From Flaccisagitta enflata (Eukaryota): a stretch of 64,000 nt of DNA. Made by a program: the position numbers and the translations under genes. Shown here one piece after another: positions 1-14,215 of this stretch. The stretch lies in contig OZ231126.1 in the NCBI GenBank assembly GCA_965153355.1, forward strand, positions 36,704,001 through 36,768,000, in the 5' to 3' direction. Below the pieces are notes generated by a model. It searched no databases and was not told the origin of the DNA. It was given only the letters and a program-made list of their open reading frames with translations. The stretch's first letter is position 1. Every line of letters starts with the position of its first letter.

Positions 1-30
1 CGCCTCGGAAGATTTGCAAAATATGAACGC

Positions 31-99
31 CTGTTGGTCGGATAACGTATTCGTTTGACGATCCACACGTCGCTCCTTATTGGCCTACTTGGCCTTGTT
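31..99 (+). mobile_element. HINE/DINE-1-like family A, 3' fragment
   Basis: gatccacacgtcgctccttattggcctacttggccttgtt matches the 3' end of the copy at 26918-27049. Confidence 0.7.
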
Positions 100-108
100 T
101 TCTCTCTC

Positions 109-206
<98 letters not shown>

Positions 207-221
207 TTTCGATCGATATCA

Positions 222-1588
222 TCTAATCGGGAAAAAAGTCGAAGTAAGTCTTCGACTTTTTGACATATTCGAGAGAAACAGGGTTTTCATTTTCTTATGG
301 GAAAGTTGAGGGTCTCTTCCGGCTGATTGGTCCCTCGAACGAAATTAACAGGGTAAGTAAATTTGATAATTCTCTTTCATTTGGCGCCAGGCAGAAGTCT
401 CTAGGACAAATATTTTTGAAGTTATGATTTTTTAAAGATTTTTTTGCGAAAAATTTGAATTGAATTTTTTCAATTTTTTTAAGATTTCATGTAGGATCAA
501 TAAAGGAGTGTACTTTTGTTTGTCTAAGCATGCAAATATCTGTATTGCATAGCTGCTCATCTGTGAGGGTGTTTTTGAGTATTCTAGCTCATTTAGCTCA
601 TTTAGCTCAGGTTTTTAATGATTTAAAGTGCAATAAATACATAAATGTTTTTATATATGTCTGAGCACAAAATACAAGAAAGCATGTCAGTGAGCATTGC
701 TGGTCATCTGTGTGCCCTCTACAACCCCCAATGATTTAAAGTGCAATAAATACATAAATGTTTTTATCGGGAAAAAAGTCGAAGTCAGTCTTCGACTTTT
801 TTATATATTCGAGAGAAACAGGGTTTTCATTTTCTTATGGGGAAGTTGAGGGAAACGATCGACCGAATGAGCCCTCAAACGAAATTGATAGGGTAAGTAA
901 ATTTGATAATTCTCTTCAATTTGGCGCCAAGCAGAAGTCTCTGGGACAAATATTTTTCGCGCTACGAATTTTTAAAGATTTATTTACGAAAAATTCAAAT
1001 TTAATTTTTTTCGATTTTTTATGATTTCGTGTAGGATCAATAAAGGAGTGTATCTAAGTTTGGTTGAGCAGGCAAATATAAGAAAACATGTTTATGAGCA
1101 TAGCTGCTCATGTGTAAGGGTGATTTTGAGCATTTTAGCTCACTTAGCTCACTTTTTTTACTGATTTCAAATGCGATAAATGAGCAAATATATTGATAGA
1201 TGTTTAAGCAAGCAAATACAAGACAGCATATCAGTGAGCAGAGCTGCTCATCTGTGAGGTTGTTTTTAAGTATTCTAGCTCATTTAGCTCATTTAGCTTG
1301 CTCTTTTTTTCTGATTTCAAAACCGATAAATGAAGAAATGAATAAATTTTTTTATTTAAGCATGCAAATCCAAGAAAGCATGTCTGTAAGCATAGCTGGT
1401 TGTCTGGTAGAGTGATTTTGAATATTTTAGCTCATCTAGCTCATTTGGCACAGTGCAACCAATACATAATATTGCTCTTAATTGGATCTAACAAATAAAA
1501 AAAGTTGCAATGACTGAAGACAAAAGCATGGTGAAAAGTGAACAACCCTTACGACTTTTTTCCTCACGGCGACAGCCGCCATTACTGG
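222..1588 (+). mobile_element. Non-autonomous Helitron (family D): truncated copy followed head-to-tail by a second copy starting near 766
   Basis: Starts a|TCtaatcgggaaaaaagtcgaag. Ends with the GC hairpin ggcgacagccgcc then attaCTGG|t, giving TC...CTRR between A and T. 222-~720 aligns with ~766-1400 and with 36524-37190. Internal tagctcatt repeats. Confidence 0.75.
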
Positions 1589-1947
1589 TAATATTGGATC
1601 TCAACCCTTAGGCTTCTTAACGACTTGTGTAATTTGAACTTTTTGACATTGACAATTTCTACATTTAAAACTAAATGCAACATAAAAGCTGAGATTCCTT
1701 GACTTTTTAGCCTCAAGTCATTCGTCACTATTTTTAGTCCGGTCTTGGCTGGACGAAGTCCCTCTGGGAATTGTCGACATTACGAAATCAGCTGATTTTT
1801 AGCCGTTGGCAAAAAAATGAATGAATGAATGAATGGATGAGTGACCGACCGGCATGACTGAGTAAAGATTGTCCCTTTTCGGACTCTGCCTCTTCTTAGT
1901 GCGATTCATATTCCAAATTGTAAAAAAAAATGTACAATTCGCAGCGG

Positions 1948-2023
<76 letters not shown>

Positions 2024-2460
2024 GTGATGCGGCGCCGCAGCGACAGTGCGTCTAATCTTACAACTACTATCGTACCCAGTAAAGTTAGTCTCATTGCTGC
2101 ATTCTGATAGCCTAGCGTAAAAATCCGATATGAGTCTTGACTTACTAGGGTTCCGCACATTACCACCTCCCCGAAAAACCTCGACCCATCACTTCGTAAT
2201 CTATCCTAATGTGGGCCCCTCCATCCCGCACGGGGGATACTCGATTGCATGCAGCCCTGCTTGTTTTTGTTTTTTTGTTTTTTTTTTGCAGGTAGTCACG
2301 AAGATTTGCAGCAGGGCATCAAATTTCAAGCCATTTAAAATGGGGGAATAACACCCAAATTTCTGTAGTGTCCAGATACAGAACCAAGCACAACAAATTA
2401 AAAGATTACGCACATGATCGCCCCCTTTCAGACTTGACAACTTAAATGATTCTATTGGGT

Positions 2461-2580
2461 AACAAGGCCGAGTAGACCAATAAGGTGCGACGTGCGGATC
2501 ATCGGACCGACCGACCAACCGACCGAACGATCAACCAGCGGACACAGCCAGTTATAGAGGTGCTTTGTCGCACCTAAAAA
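2461..2580 (-). mobile_element. HINE/DINE-1-like family A (~125 bp)
   Basis: aacaaggcc...aaggtgcgacgtg...(ccga)n...tatagaggtgctttgtcgcacctaaaaa. Reverse complement of 26918-27049. Confidence 0.78.
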
Positions 2581-3824
2581 CCACTGATCATATGAGAGTC
2601 GTTGCAAATGATTTCGTCACAGAAAAATGCCATCGTTTACGCCATGCATGCATTCTTCCCAGTCAATCGATTCATCAAATTAGCCGCTGTCTCGCACTTG
2701 CTGTCCCCTAACTTCTAATTTCAAAAATCGGCGACTGCTGCACTATCCCTGCAGCACCGCCTCTGCTGCCGCTGCTGCTGCGTAACGACGAGGCCGGGAT
2801 CGAAAAAAATGTGCGTCTATAAAAATGATCGTAGTATTAAAAGAAAGAAAGAAAGAAATATATAAAAAAAGAAAGAGAATTGAAAGAAGTTCCTCGGATT
2901 TCCTTTGCAGAGTTTTTTCAAGCCACTTTGCTTTGGTTTTCTCGCCGGTGTTCAACGTCTAACGTCGTCTCAACAGCATCTGACTATAATCATTACTTTC
3001 TTAAAATCTTTTTTTTTTTTCCATTAAAAATTGTCGCCAAGAAATTAAATACTTCAAAAAAATTCAAGTACTTTCTCTCTCTCTGTCTCTGAACATTTCT
3101 CACTCTCGCTGAGCCGGTTTCAATCTGCGCTCATAAATAAAGCATAGTTAGGATTAATGACATGACGCACTGAATCTCATACTAAGACAACAGCAACCAC
3201 TCTAAAACAGTTTGAAGCTAATCCGAATCAAGCACCAACGAAAAAAAATCAACAACCTTCGCAATTCTAAACTACGTAACAACGATCACACCACAACTTA
3301 TAAGACTCAAGCATCAATTGAAACCTCAATCTTATGTACATTTGAATAAAGCAACAAGCAATCCAATGATGACCAAGTAAAAGGTGCAAGCACCAGTTCA
3401 AGCACAACCAAGTAAAAGGTGCAACCGCCGTGACATGCATAATCAACTACATGGATCAAGCACCTCGCCAAGCGTAACTAGATAAAAGGTGCAAGAACCG
3501 TGACAAGCACAATCAAGCACAAGTTGTAAACTCGGTCTCAAATCAAGTCTGAAACGATTTACAATGTAATCAAACAAATCACTAAGTGCATGAAGTGCAT
3601 CGAGTGGGTCGCACTCAAGCGATCATCAAGGAGAGTTCGCATTACCTCGACCTGACGACTGGAATGCGCCACCCTGATCATTCGCCGAAACCACGGTGCG
3701 TCAGATTGGATGAACAAGACGCGAGGACACATTGCTTGTATATGAGAAGTTTGTCATACTCTTCGAGTACATTTATAGATATGATTTCAATTTCAAGAGA
3801 AAAAACGTTGAGAAGTATTTTTTG

Positions 3825-4080
3825 CAGGCCTCTATATAATTGAGTTTCATAGGGGGAAAAAGAGAAATTTTGGGGGGAAAATATAATTTTTGGCAGTACC
3901 AAATCATAAAAACTGATTAATAAAACAGAATTTTAACACTATTCAAACCTCAACTACACTGTTTTATTGCCTTTTGGGGAAGAAAATTGTAAATTTTAAA
4001 TGCGACGCGGGGTGTTTCCAGGAAGAAAATCAAAGGCAGAGAGGAAATAATCTAAAGCGACCCAATTATATACACCCCTG
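3825..4080. mobile_element. hAT-like MITE; partial second copy at about 45710-45856
   Basis: Imperfect TIRs CAGGcctcTATATAATTGaGT / ACcCAATTATATAcaccCCTG. Flanks attttttg and atttttttg resemble an 8-bp TSD with one T slip. The right half is repeated at 45710-45856. Confidence 0.6.
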
Positions 4081-4433
4081 ATTTTTTTGTAAAATTGCAT
4101 TGATCAAAAGGAACTCAACGTGAATATTTTCATCTTTTAATCTTTTGTTAATCGATTATGACTTATGAAGCAATGTGTTTTTTTTTTTACAAGCTTCAGC
4201 ACTGTGTGCAATCCAAGACGAAAAACGCCCCTAATTTTCGCATCGACGAAGACTTTCTGATGACTTCAGGTTGAAAATCCTACGAAAGACGCCTCGTCAG
4301 TTCAGGTTCATATCATTCTTAAGAGATGATCGATGAGAATAATTTCACGTCCAGAAAGTGGGTAAAAGAATCATTAAAATCTCCAAAAGTGGAGATAATA
4401 ATCTCGATTTCTCTCTTTCACACAATAACTTAC

Positions 4434-4996
4434 TTTTTGGGCAGCGGCCCCAAAGGGCCGATGTCCTGTAGGACACAGGGGGGAATTTCCAGACGTCCGT
4501 CCTTCCGTCCCTCCTTCTGTCCACCCCCCTATTGGCCATCATTTATACAGGTATTAAATCTACACCCTCAGGCCTGATTTAGGCCCTCTAAGCCCTCAAA
4601 TCAGCCCTCCAGGCCTTAAATCAGGTCTCCATGCTTCAATTCAGCTCTCCAGTCCAGGCTTCAAATCAGCTCTCCAGGCCTCAAATCTACTCTCAAGACC
4701 TCATATCAGCACACCAGGCCTCAAATCAGCCCTAGGGGCCTCAAATCTGCCCCTAAGGCCTCAAGCCTGCCCCCAGTCTTAAAATCTAATCTTAAGGCTT
4801 AAAATCTTATCTCCAGACCTCAAATCCCGCTTCAATTACCTCTAAGGTCTGATATATTCCCCCTCAGGATATCTGAAAATTCCCCCCTGTGTCTTACAGA
4901 ACATTGGCTCTTTGAGGCTCTCTCCACTACTTCAATTGATCACTCCAAGCAGCGCATCGGGTACCGCTGACCATGTATGATCCTTGGATGACTTGT
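4434..4996 (+). mobile_element. HINE-like family C with an internal 20-bp minisatellite
   Basis: tttttgggcagCGGCCCcaaaGGGCCGatg start, gtcc repeats, tandem ggcctcaaatcagccctnna units, 3' gcatcgggtaccgctgaccatgta shared with 31310-32189. Confidence 0.75.
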
Positions 4997-5010
4997 AACT
5001 CTCTCTCTTC

Positions 5011-5107
<97 letters not shown>

Positions 5108-5929
5108 CTGTGTTGTTTTTGCGCTCTCGTGAAGTTCAGTGGAAGAAAAATAATTGCAAATGAGTCAATTAAGTTTACTGAATTAATCATCACTAACGTG
5201 GGTTTATTGTATAATGTACATACCTCTCCTTTTCATTAATTTTCAAGAAAGTAAAGTAGATGAAAATATACGACCACTTGTAATAATGATGGCAATGATA
5301 GGTCTTAAATGCCTCTTAAAGGGAATATTACGACAGTGTTTTACAATGTGTCGGCGGATTCTTGCTTTGAATTGAAAACGTCGGAAAGTAAATTCAAAGG
5401 TTAACGTACGGAAATGAATCGAGGGGTTGGGCCGTTTGGGAAAGGAGGAAGAGAATTACTTTTCTAATTGAGAGCACAGTGGAATATCGGTCTTACTCAA
5501 TCCTTTATCACGGGGATATTCACTTCATTCAACCGGGTACACCGGGTCTCTGAAATGGCTACTCCTTAAATCATGAATTTCATTTCCCTTAAACTCACTG
5601 CAATGACTTCACATCCCCGCTTTAGAAGTCTTGAAGCAAAATGTTAAACAAGGCGTATTTGCCGGAAATGAAAATGCAGGCCATTGACTTCACTATGGTG
5701 GCTTTTCCGGGGAAAGTCAAGCTAAAAATATGTGACTCTGATTTATAAAACGAACTTTTTTTTCTTTTCTGCGCTTCCGAGGCTTCGAAATGAAGAAATG
5801 ATTTGGATTCTTTTTGCACTGATCATCGCAAGTTTTGAGTTTTTTGGCCTTTTTTTACCGACGCTCCTTTTTTGAGAAGATGATTTGAGTGAGGCGGAAG
5901 GTAAGACCTTCTAAAATCGAATCAACAAT

Positions 5930-5951
5930 GATCATCATCATTATCATCGTC

Positions 5952-5983
<32 letters not shown>

Positions 5984-6098
5984 CATCATCATCGTCACCA
6001 TCGTCATCATCATCATTATTATCGTCATCATCATCGTCATCATCATCGTCATCATTATCATCATCATCATCGTCATCATCATCATCATCGTCATCATT

Positions 6099-6164
<66 letters not shown>

Positions 6165-6245
6165 GTCATCTTCATCATCACCATCATCGTCATCATCATC
6201 ATCATCATCATCATCATCGTCATCATCGTCATCATCATCATTATT

Positions 6246-6305
<60 letters not shown>

Positions 6306-6323
6306 GTCATCATCATCATTATT

Positions 6324-6372
<49 letters not shown>

Positions 6373-6531
6373 CTTCATTATCTATGAATGAAATATTCAA
6401 CAACAATAACAACAACAACAACAACAACAACAACAACCACAACCACAACAATAACAATAACAATAACAATAACAATAACAATAACAATAACAATAACAAT
6501 AACAATAACAATAACAACAACAACAACAACA
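5930..6531. repeat. Compound trinucleotide microsatellite: (ATC)n, then (AAC)n/(AACAAT)n
   Basis: Direct reading; it is the source of the spurious poly-Ile, poly-Met and poly-Asn ORFs. Confidence 0.97.
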
Positions 6532-6814
6532 TATTGACAACGATGATGACGGTGACAGCGACGACAACCACTTTATTCACCAACCTCATCAAAAGAAAAA
6601 AATAACATCCCTGTCAAGATTCGTATCAAGGCCAATAAAAGTTGCATAATCACAAATTAATGAACGTTTATCCTTCGATCATTCAGAAAATATGGGCTGA
6701 TAATCTCTGAGTCAAGAGTCTGACTCAGGATCCAGAAACGAGAGAGTCAGTTATTGATTACAGAGACCCCTGCAATATGCATTCTTTAACAATTAAACGT
6801 CATTTTACTTCAGA

Positions 6815-7019
6815 TTTTCAGTCGCCTGCGCGCAACTCTATAACTCGCTAAGTCGGTTGAATGATCGGTCAGTCTGTCAGTAACAATTGTTTTTTTGGCA
6901 TTTACGAGCGGTTTTGGCGTGACTTCCCTTGCCAAAATGGTATATTACCTACTATGTCAATGCCCCTACTCTCTCGCACGCGACTTGCGTAGCCGAGTAG
7001 CCGTGTACCAGGCCTTGTT
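6815..7019 (+). mobile_element. HINE/DINE-1-like family B, diverged
   Basis: ttttcagtcgcctgcgcgcaactctata ... cacgcgact ... gccgtgtaccaggccttgtt. Confidence 0.65.
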
Positions 7020-7499
7020 TAGTTCTATCAAACTTAGATTCGTCGAGCCTTAAAATCCAGCGGCGGAGAGCAGCTCCATTACAAATTTGCCACTCCCTCG
7101 TCCAGAATCTGTCCGCCCCAAGTCCATAAACAATTCACACCCTTGTGGCCGACCGCAATATCGCAAAATGCAAATTTATAACAATCATAAACCGCTCTCA
7201 GAGAGAAAGTTAGAGAATGAGAGAAGGAGAGAGAAAGAGATGATTTCCTCCCGCCCTTGATAGCGTCAGACAGATGGACCACCCAGCCTCTCTACACATT
7301 TTAAAGCGATTTCGAAGCGATCATCTTTTTCTTTCTGTCTCTGTGTCTCTTGTCTTCGGTGAACTGGCGGGGACATGGCAAACAATCGAGATCTCATATG
7401 AATTGGAAATGAAGAATTTGCGATATCATCGTCATCATCATCCTCATCATTGACATCATCATCGCTGCCGTTGTTTGGTTAACGCGGTGGTTCATCGCC

Positions 7500-7607
7500 A
7501 TGGTTTTGATTCGCCGCCACTTCCTCCTGCTCCTCCTCCTTCTCCTCTTCCTCGTCCTAACCACCCCTCCTTCTCCTCCTCCTCCTCTTCCTCCTCCTCC
7601 TCTAGAG
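7500..7607 (+). CDS. Weak candidate signal-peptide exon for the Ig gene (MVLIRRHFLLLLLLLLFLVLTTPPSPPPPLPPPPLE)
   Basis: ATG in gccATGg context, basic n-region and poly-Leu h-region. The GT at 7608 is phase 0, matching exon A, but the donor (gag|GTCGTT) is weak and the Leu run derives from CTC repeats. Confidence 0.25.
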
Positions 7608-7750
7608 GTCGTTGGGAGGCGCGGTTTCTGGGCTGGACTCGGAATTAAAGATCAGATGATGGCCTGGATGAAGAAGATGATAATGAAGAAGAAGATGATA
7701 TTGAAGATGAAGATGTTGATGATAATACCCCGTCCACGCGTGTGAACGGG

Positions 7751-8680
<930 letters not shown>

Positions 8681-8841
8681 AGGAACAAACAATAGATAAA
8701 GAAACTGTCGGTGGTCAATGCTGTTGATGTCTCGTTGCTGTCATCTTTAAGGGGAACCCGGAGATCATCGAAAACCTTAAATCCATTCTTCAATCTTTAG
8801 TCTTCAGCCACTTCTGTCATAAGGCATTCCGAGGAAGTTTG

Positions 8842-8905
<64 letters not shown>

Positions 8906-10374
8906 CCCTTTTGTCTTGACCAATAATACCGATCATGATGTCATGTGAAGTCGCATCGCCGTTATTTCGTCACAATTTCATTTCGTTGCGCAAGAAAGAA
9001 ATGATATCAATTCGATACACTGACCAGTTCAACTTTTCAGCCTTTGATCGGCCAATCACGATTTCCAATATTGCATATATTGTTTTTAAAAAAGAATCAA
9101 ATAAGTCTGAATTCTCATTTTGCAATCTTTTCCGCTCATGAGTTACGACCTACTGACCCAACGGGGTCAGGTTTTTCATCAGATTATCACTCTTGAGGTC
9201 GAAACCAATAGATCTTTTTGTGGTTTTGAATCAATTAAATTTCATTCTAGAAACGAAAATTACAAGTATGTATAAAGGCCACGGTGAATGTCAACGATGC
9301 AAGCTGAAACATAACAAGAATCCCTGTATATCTTGTTTTAATCCGTTGTGCATGCAGCTTTACAGCAATTTACTCATTTGCTCTGTAGCGTAAAAAAGGT
9401 CAGCTTTCGTAATTTGTCTTTGAAGAAATTCGATATCCCCATTTTATGTCATATTCAGATCTAAAAAAAAACAAAAAACAAAACACAAATACCAGTTTTA
9501 ATAGAAAATTAGAGATAATCGAGTTTAAATGGACACAATGATGCTCTACATTAGTTGAAACGCACGTTCCGAATTTTATTGTGATACAAAAAAAAACTAA
9601 TTAAAAAAAAACAAAACAAAAACAAAACACAAAAAAAAATGAAATGAGAAAAGAATTGAAGAAATAAAGTAAAAGTTGGCCTTCGGCGTAGCCGGACGAT
9701 ATGTTCGGATCCTGTCTGCTTTAAAAGTTGAAAAAGTAAGTAAAGGTCATTGTGTAGATATAAAAGTAACTAGAAAAAATTGTGTTTTTTTTCTTATATG
9801 GCCGCAGCATTGATGGGGAACACACAGCAATTGCGCAGAAAGTTAGAACTGACAAAAAACAAATGAAAATGATGCCAACATTTTATGGACACCAAATTGA
9901 GGTTATTTTTTATCTATGAACACTGTAGGATTATAAGTAAAGAAAACCTCATCTTGCACCATGTCTTGTTCTTAAATTTCTCTGATGAATTAGTAAATTC
10001 TTAATCAAATTGAATACCATTACATCCCTCACAGGTAGATTTTTTTTGAGGAAACAGATTAACGTCTTAATCTTCTTCGCTACACTTTTTTTTTAAAGGA
10101 GCTCATTTTTTTTTTACGCTTTCATCATTTGTCGCCCCCGCCGCCCGCTATACGAGCATGCATTTTTTTATAAACTTTTACGATTAAGTAACACTAGTAG
10201 TATGTGACCTGGCTTTTTTCTCGTTCACTTTCGACCTCTTTGCTCATATTTCAATCGTTCAAGTAAATGTCATTATTCGTTAAATTTGACACGGGAGGGA
10301 ATCAATTTCAAAAGCGTGTTAAAGAATATCTATACCAAATCATAACTTCTCTTTTTTTTTTACGTTCGACCCAA

Positions 10375-10447
<73 letters not shown>

Positions 10448-10743
10448 CCCCTCCGTCTCATCCCCATATTTTTGTTCTCTCAAAATATAATTCATCATTT
10501 ATGTACATGTGCACCCTGTAAATGTCCATAATAGGGATCATCCTAATATTTTACGACAACGTGAACTGACTGCCAAAGTTCAATGAACCTCGCCGTTTCT
10601 GCAGTCCTGCACCCTTCCTAATGCCTTTTTTTCACCATGAACCTTCTTAAAAAGGGCCTTCTCCTTAGTTGAATGTAGTTTGCCTTTTTCTGTCCTGCGC
10701 CATTCATTTTTAGAACGTTTTATTCTCAAAACGTCACGACGTA

Positions 10744-11123
10744 TGTCACGGTGCACACGAAGGGGCAATTCTCATGGTCAAAAAATATGACAAAAATTCA
10801 ATGATTAATTTGTAATTTAGAAAATATTGTATCTCAGTACTTAGTATTGATTCATTTGCGTTAGATACCATTTATATGTACGAAATCAGTATAAAAATTT
10901 GAGAAAATGAAAGAAAAATAAGTAGTTATTCCTTGGGTTGTCTCAGGTGAAATTCTTAATATGTTTCTTAATGCAAAAAATTGTATTTCTAAGAAAATGA
11001 CCCTATTCTAAACACACATGAGAAAATAACATTTTTTTAGACATGCAAATACATATTCAGAGACAGATTAAGAATTTCACATAAAGTGACGTCTCAAATT
11101 TGCTGCTCGTGTGCACCGCGACA
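10744..11123. mobile_element. MITE with TA flanks
   Basis: ta|tgtcacggtgcacacga ... tcgtgtgcaccgcgaca|ta, an 18/19 inverted match including the TA. AT-rich non-coding interior. Confidence 0.65.
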
Positions 11124-11405
11124 TAGGAAAAAATGGAATGGATTTTTTCCACGCCAGTACCAGGGCCGAGACAAATACCATCAATCACTTGAAAAGCTAT
11201 GAGTCCATGAGCCATAAGCTTTCAACGGCATTGCTGCAAAAATAATCATCCATCATGACCATCAACCATCAAGGCCGTGAATTTACAGACATTGAAAACT
11301 GGGGAAAAAAGTAATTTTCATCGATTTTTTACCTGTCTCTCATTATGATCGAGTCGATCAACTCAACACACCGCTTGACTCTGGACCTTGGCCCTCATAC
11401 ACACG

Positions 11406-11466
11406 TTTTAGTTGCGGACACGCAACTCTAAAAGGAGTCTTTGTCCGTCCGTCCGTCCAGCCGTCC

Positions 11467-11505
<39 letters not shown>

Positions 11506-11671
11506 CGTCCGTCCGTCCGTCCGTCCGTCCGTCCGTCCGTCCGTCCGTCCGTCCGTCCGTCCGTCCGTAAGCCACGAGTCGAAAAGAGGAAAAACGAGTG
11601 AAAAACGGTTAAATGGCCCTTCCCTCCTGTCCGCAATTGCGCAACGACATTGTGACTCCGCGTCACTTGTT
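11406..11671 (+). mobile_element. HINE/DINE-1-like family B with expanded (GTCT)/(GTCC)n
   Basis: ttttagTTGCGgacaCGCAActcta 5' hairpin, long GTCY tract, subterminal repeat gtccgcaa, 3' hairpin gtgactccgcgtcac plus ttgtt. Confidence 0.78.
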
Positions 11672-11878
11672 TACCTTCTCCTACATTTTACATTTTATAC
11701 ACAAATATTCGAGTTATTCAATACTTCGCACGCCTTCACACATCTTTTTTTTTTATAAACAAATCTTAGCACCTGCCTACCGCAAATCAAAACGCTGTGA
11801 TTATTTTGACAAAATTTCCTCACAAAAAACCTCATTTAGAATCCGCTTCCTGAAACTGATTCAAGTCGTATTTTGTTT

Positions 11879-11971
11879 GTTTCAATGAAGTGGAAATTGA
11901 TTCATGACAATTTCCCTGGCATTTGCTATGCCAGGGAAATTGTCATGAATCAATTTCCACTTCATTGAAAC
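11879..11971. repeat. Perfect 44-bp inverted repeat with a 5-nt spacer
   Basis: gtttcaatgaagtggaaattgattcatgacaatttccctggcat-ttgct-atgccagggaaattgtcatgaatcaatttccacttcattgaaac. Confidence 0.97.
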
Positions 11972-12353
11972 GCTATACCTGGCATATGATGTCCTTGAAA
12001 TGTCATATTTTGTTTGTTGTTTTTGCTTCCCCATTTGGCCGATAACGTCAATAAAAATCCGTTCGTTCTGCGTGAGGCTTGAGTGATTTTGAATGTGGAC
12101 GACATTTTGGCCTTTTCTTCACGGATGTTCATAAAGTGGCCACTTTTCAATTTATCAGCCCAACTGTAGAATGGTCACTAACGCCAGCCACTACAGCAAT
12201 TGGTCAAACTGTCAAGTTTAAGAGAAAAAAGAACAAAAACAAGACTTTTTCAAAACTTTTTTTGGTCTTTTTGTTGAATAAAAGGAATCTACATACATTT
12301 TGGTTATTGGGCACGTTTTATAAACATTATGGAGATAGAAATGTAAAGGACGG

Positions 12354-12460
<107 letters not shown>

Positions 12461-13263
12461 TGTGTGTGTTTGTGTTTGTGTGTGTGAATGTATGTGTTCG
12501 TGTCTGTGTCTGTCTAGGTTCGTAGCTGTATATCGCTGCTTGCGTTTTAGTGTGTCTAAATTTCCAAGTCTGTGTCTCTGTCTTATGTGTGGGAATTTTG
12601 TTTATCATCAATGGGCCAACAATACTATGCCAAATTCCTCGCCTGATCGTAATTTTCGCGGTCTTCTTCGTCCATTTTTTTCTGAAATTTTTATGTATGT
12701 TCAGTTTTTTTTTTATTTCAAAGAGGACTCGTTGACTGAATCTGAAAAAAAAAATGGGAAATAAAAAAAGACCCGCGCTAGATTTGGTCGATGAACGTAA
12801 AAACAGTCATTTTGTTTGAACCTCTTTTCTCGCTCTTTCTCTCTCTCTCTCTCGCTCGTTATCAGGAAAGAGAGAGAGAGAGAAGGAGAGAAAGAGAAGG
12901 AGAGTTTCAGAAGTATTAAATCCATTTTCTAAGCGACGCAAGACTCTCCAAATATTACTTTTATTTTTTGGAATAAAGTTATGTATTTCTTTCGCTCACA
13001 TTTTACAAAAACGAAACGAATAAGTTTTCAGATTATTTCAAGTACCATTTTTACCGTGACCTAGTTTTTTCGCCATGTCTCCTGTCCACAAAAATTCAAC
13101 TTACCCAAACATTGCTACTCCTTTTTTTTCTCGCCTCGAAATCTGTGTGCATATTTTGCGACCTCTTTCCTTCATAAATGCGATTTAATAGTGTCATTCC
13201 TACAAAACATCGTAGAAATCATAGAAATGCAAAAAAATGACGCGTTCTTGTAATTGATGTGAT

Positions 13264-13627
<364 letters not shown>

Positions 13628-13798
13628 AACACACACTGAGACACCTACACACACTAGCACAAACGCCAAAAAAATTTCTCTCTTGGTACATGGGCATGGT
13701 ATCTGTTAATCTCTGTCCCCCTAACTGTACCCAAAACTCTGATCTAAAGTTATATTTCCTTTCTTAATCCTTTTTTTCATTTCTCATTTTATTCTCAG

Positions 13799-14215
13799 GA
13801 ATGGATTATGTCTGTTGAAACTTCCCATTTGTCATCCTCGCCTCGAATCCGGCATTGGCGCCGGAAAATGGCGCCTCCGGACGACGCCTCCTCCTCCATT
13901 TCCGGCGTCGTCTCTCGAAATCTCCGGCGGCGTCATCATCAACCTCCTCTTCCTCTATCGGCAGCGTCGGCAGCCAATTACCAGCTACCGATGGGCGGGG
14001 CGGCAGCTCTATCGGCAGTCGGAGGAGGTGGTGAGAGAGATACAGATGGTGGTGGCGGAGATGGAGGAGGAGGAAGAGGAGGAGGAATAGGAATGGAGGA
14101 TCTGAGAATCCCCGCGACGGAATGGGACAATCGTGCGCAGGAAGCGGAGACTGTGAATGAAAATGAAATGGCGCTAAGATCGACTAAAAGTCGACGCGAA
14201 GCTTCCCATCCATCG
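13799..14215 (+). CDS. Ig-superfamily gene, exon A: Gly/Ala/Ser-rich low-complexity N-terminal region (EWIMSVETSH...RSTKSRREASHPS)
   Basis: Strong pyrimidine tract ending ttctcAG at 13797-13798. The frame is open for 417 nt from the first base, with an in-frame ATG at 13808, and is GC-rich relative to its flanks. The donor tcg|GTAAG at 14216 is phase 0, matching exon B. Confidence 0.72.

Noticed and set aside
4250..4310. CTGATGA...GAAA hammerhead-like core (also ctgatgag near 61533 and 63397)
   Set aside because: The stem II closing pair and the UH cleavage site are missing, so a complete three-stem fold cannot be built.
5316..5592. ttaaAGGGAA...TTCCCttaa Kolobok-like ends
   Set aside because: The inverted match is too short and the element is single-copy in this window.
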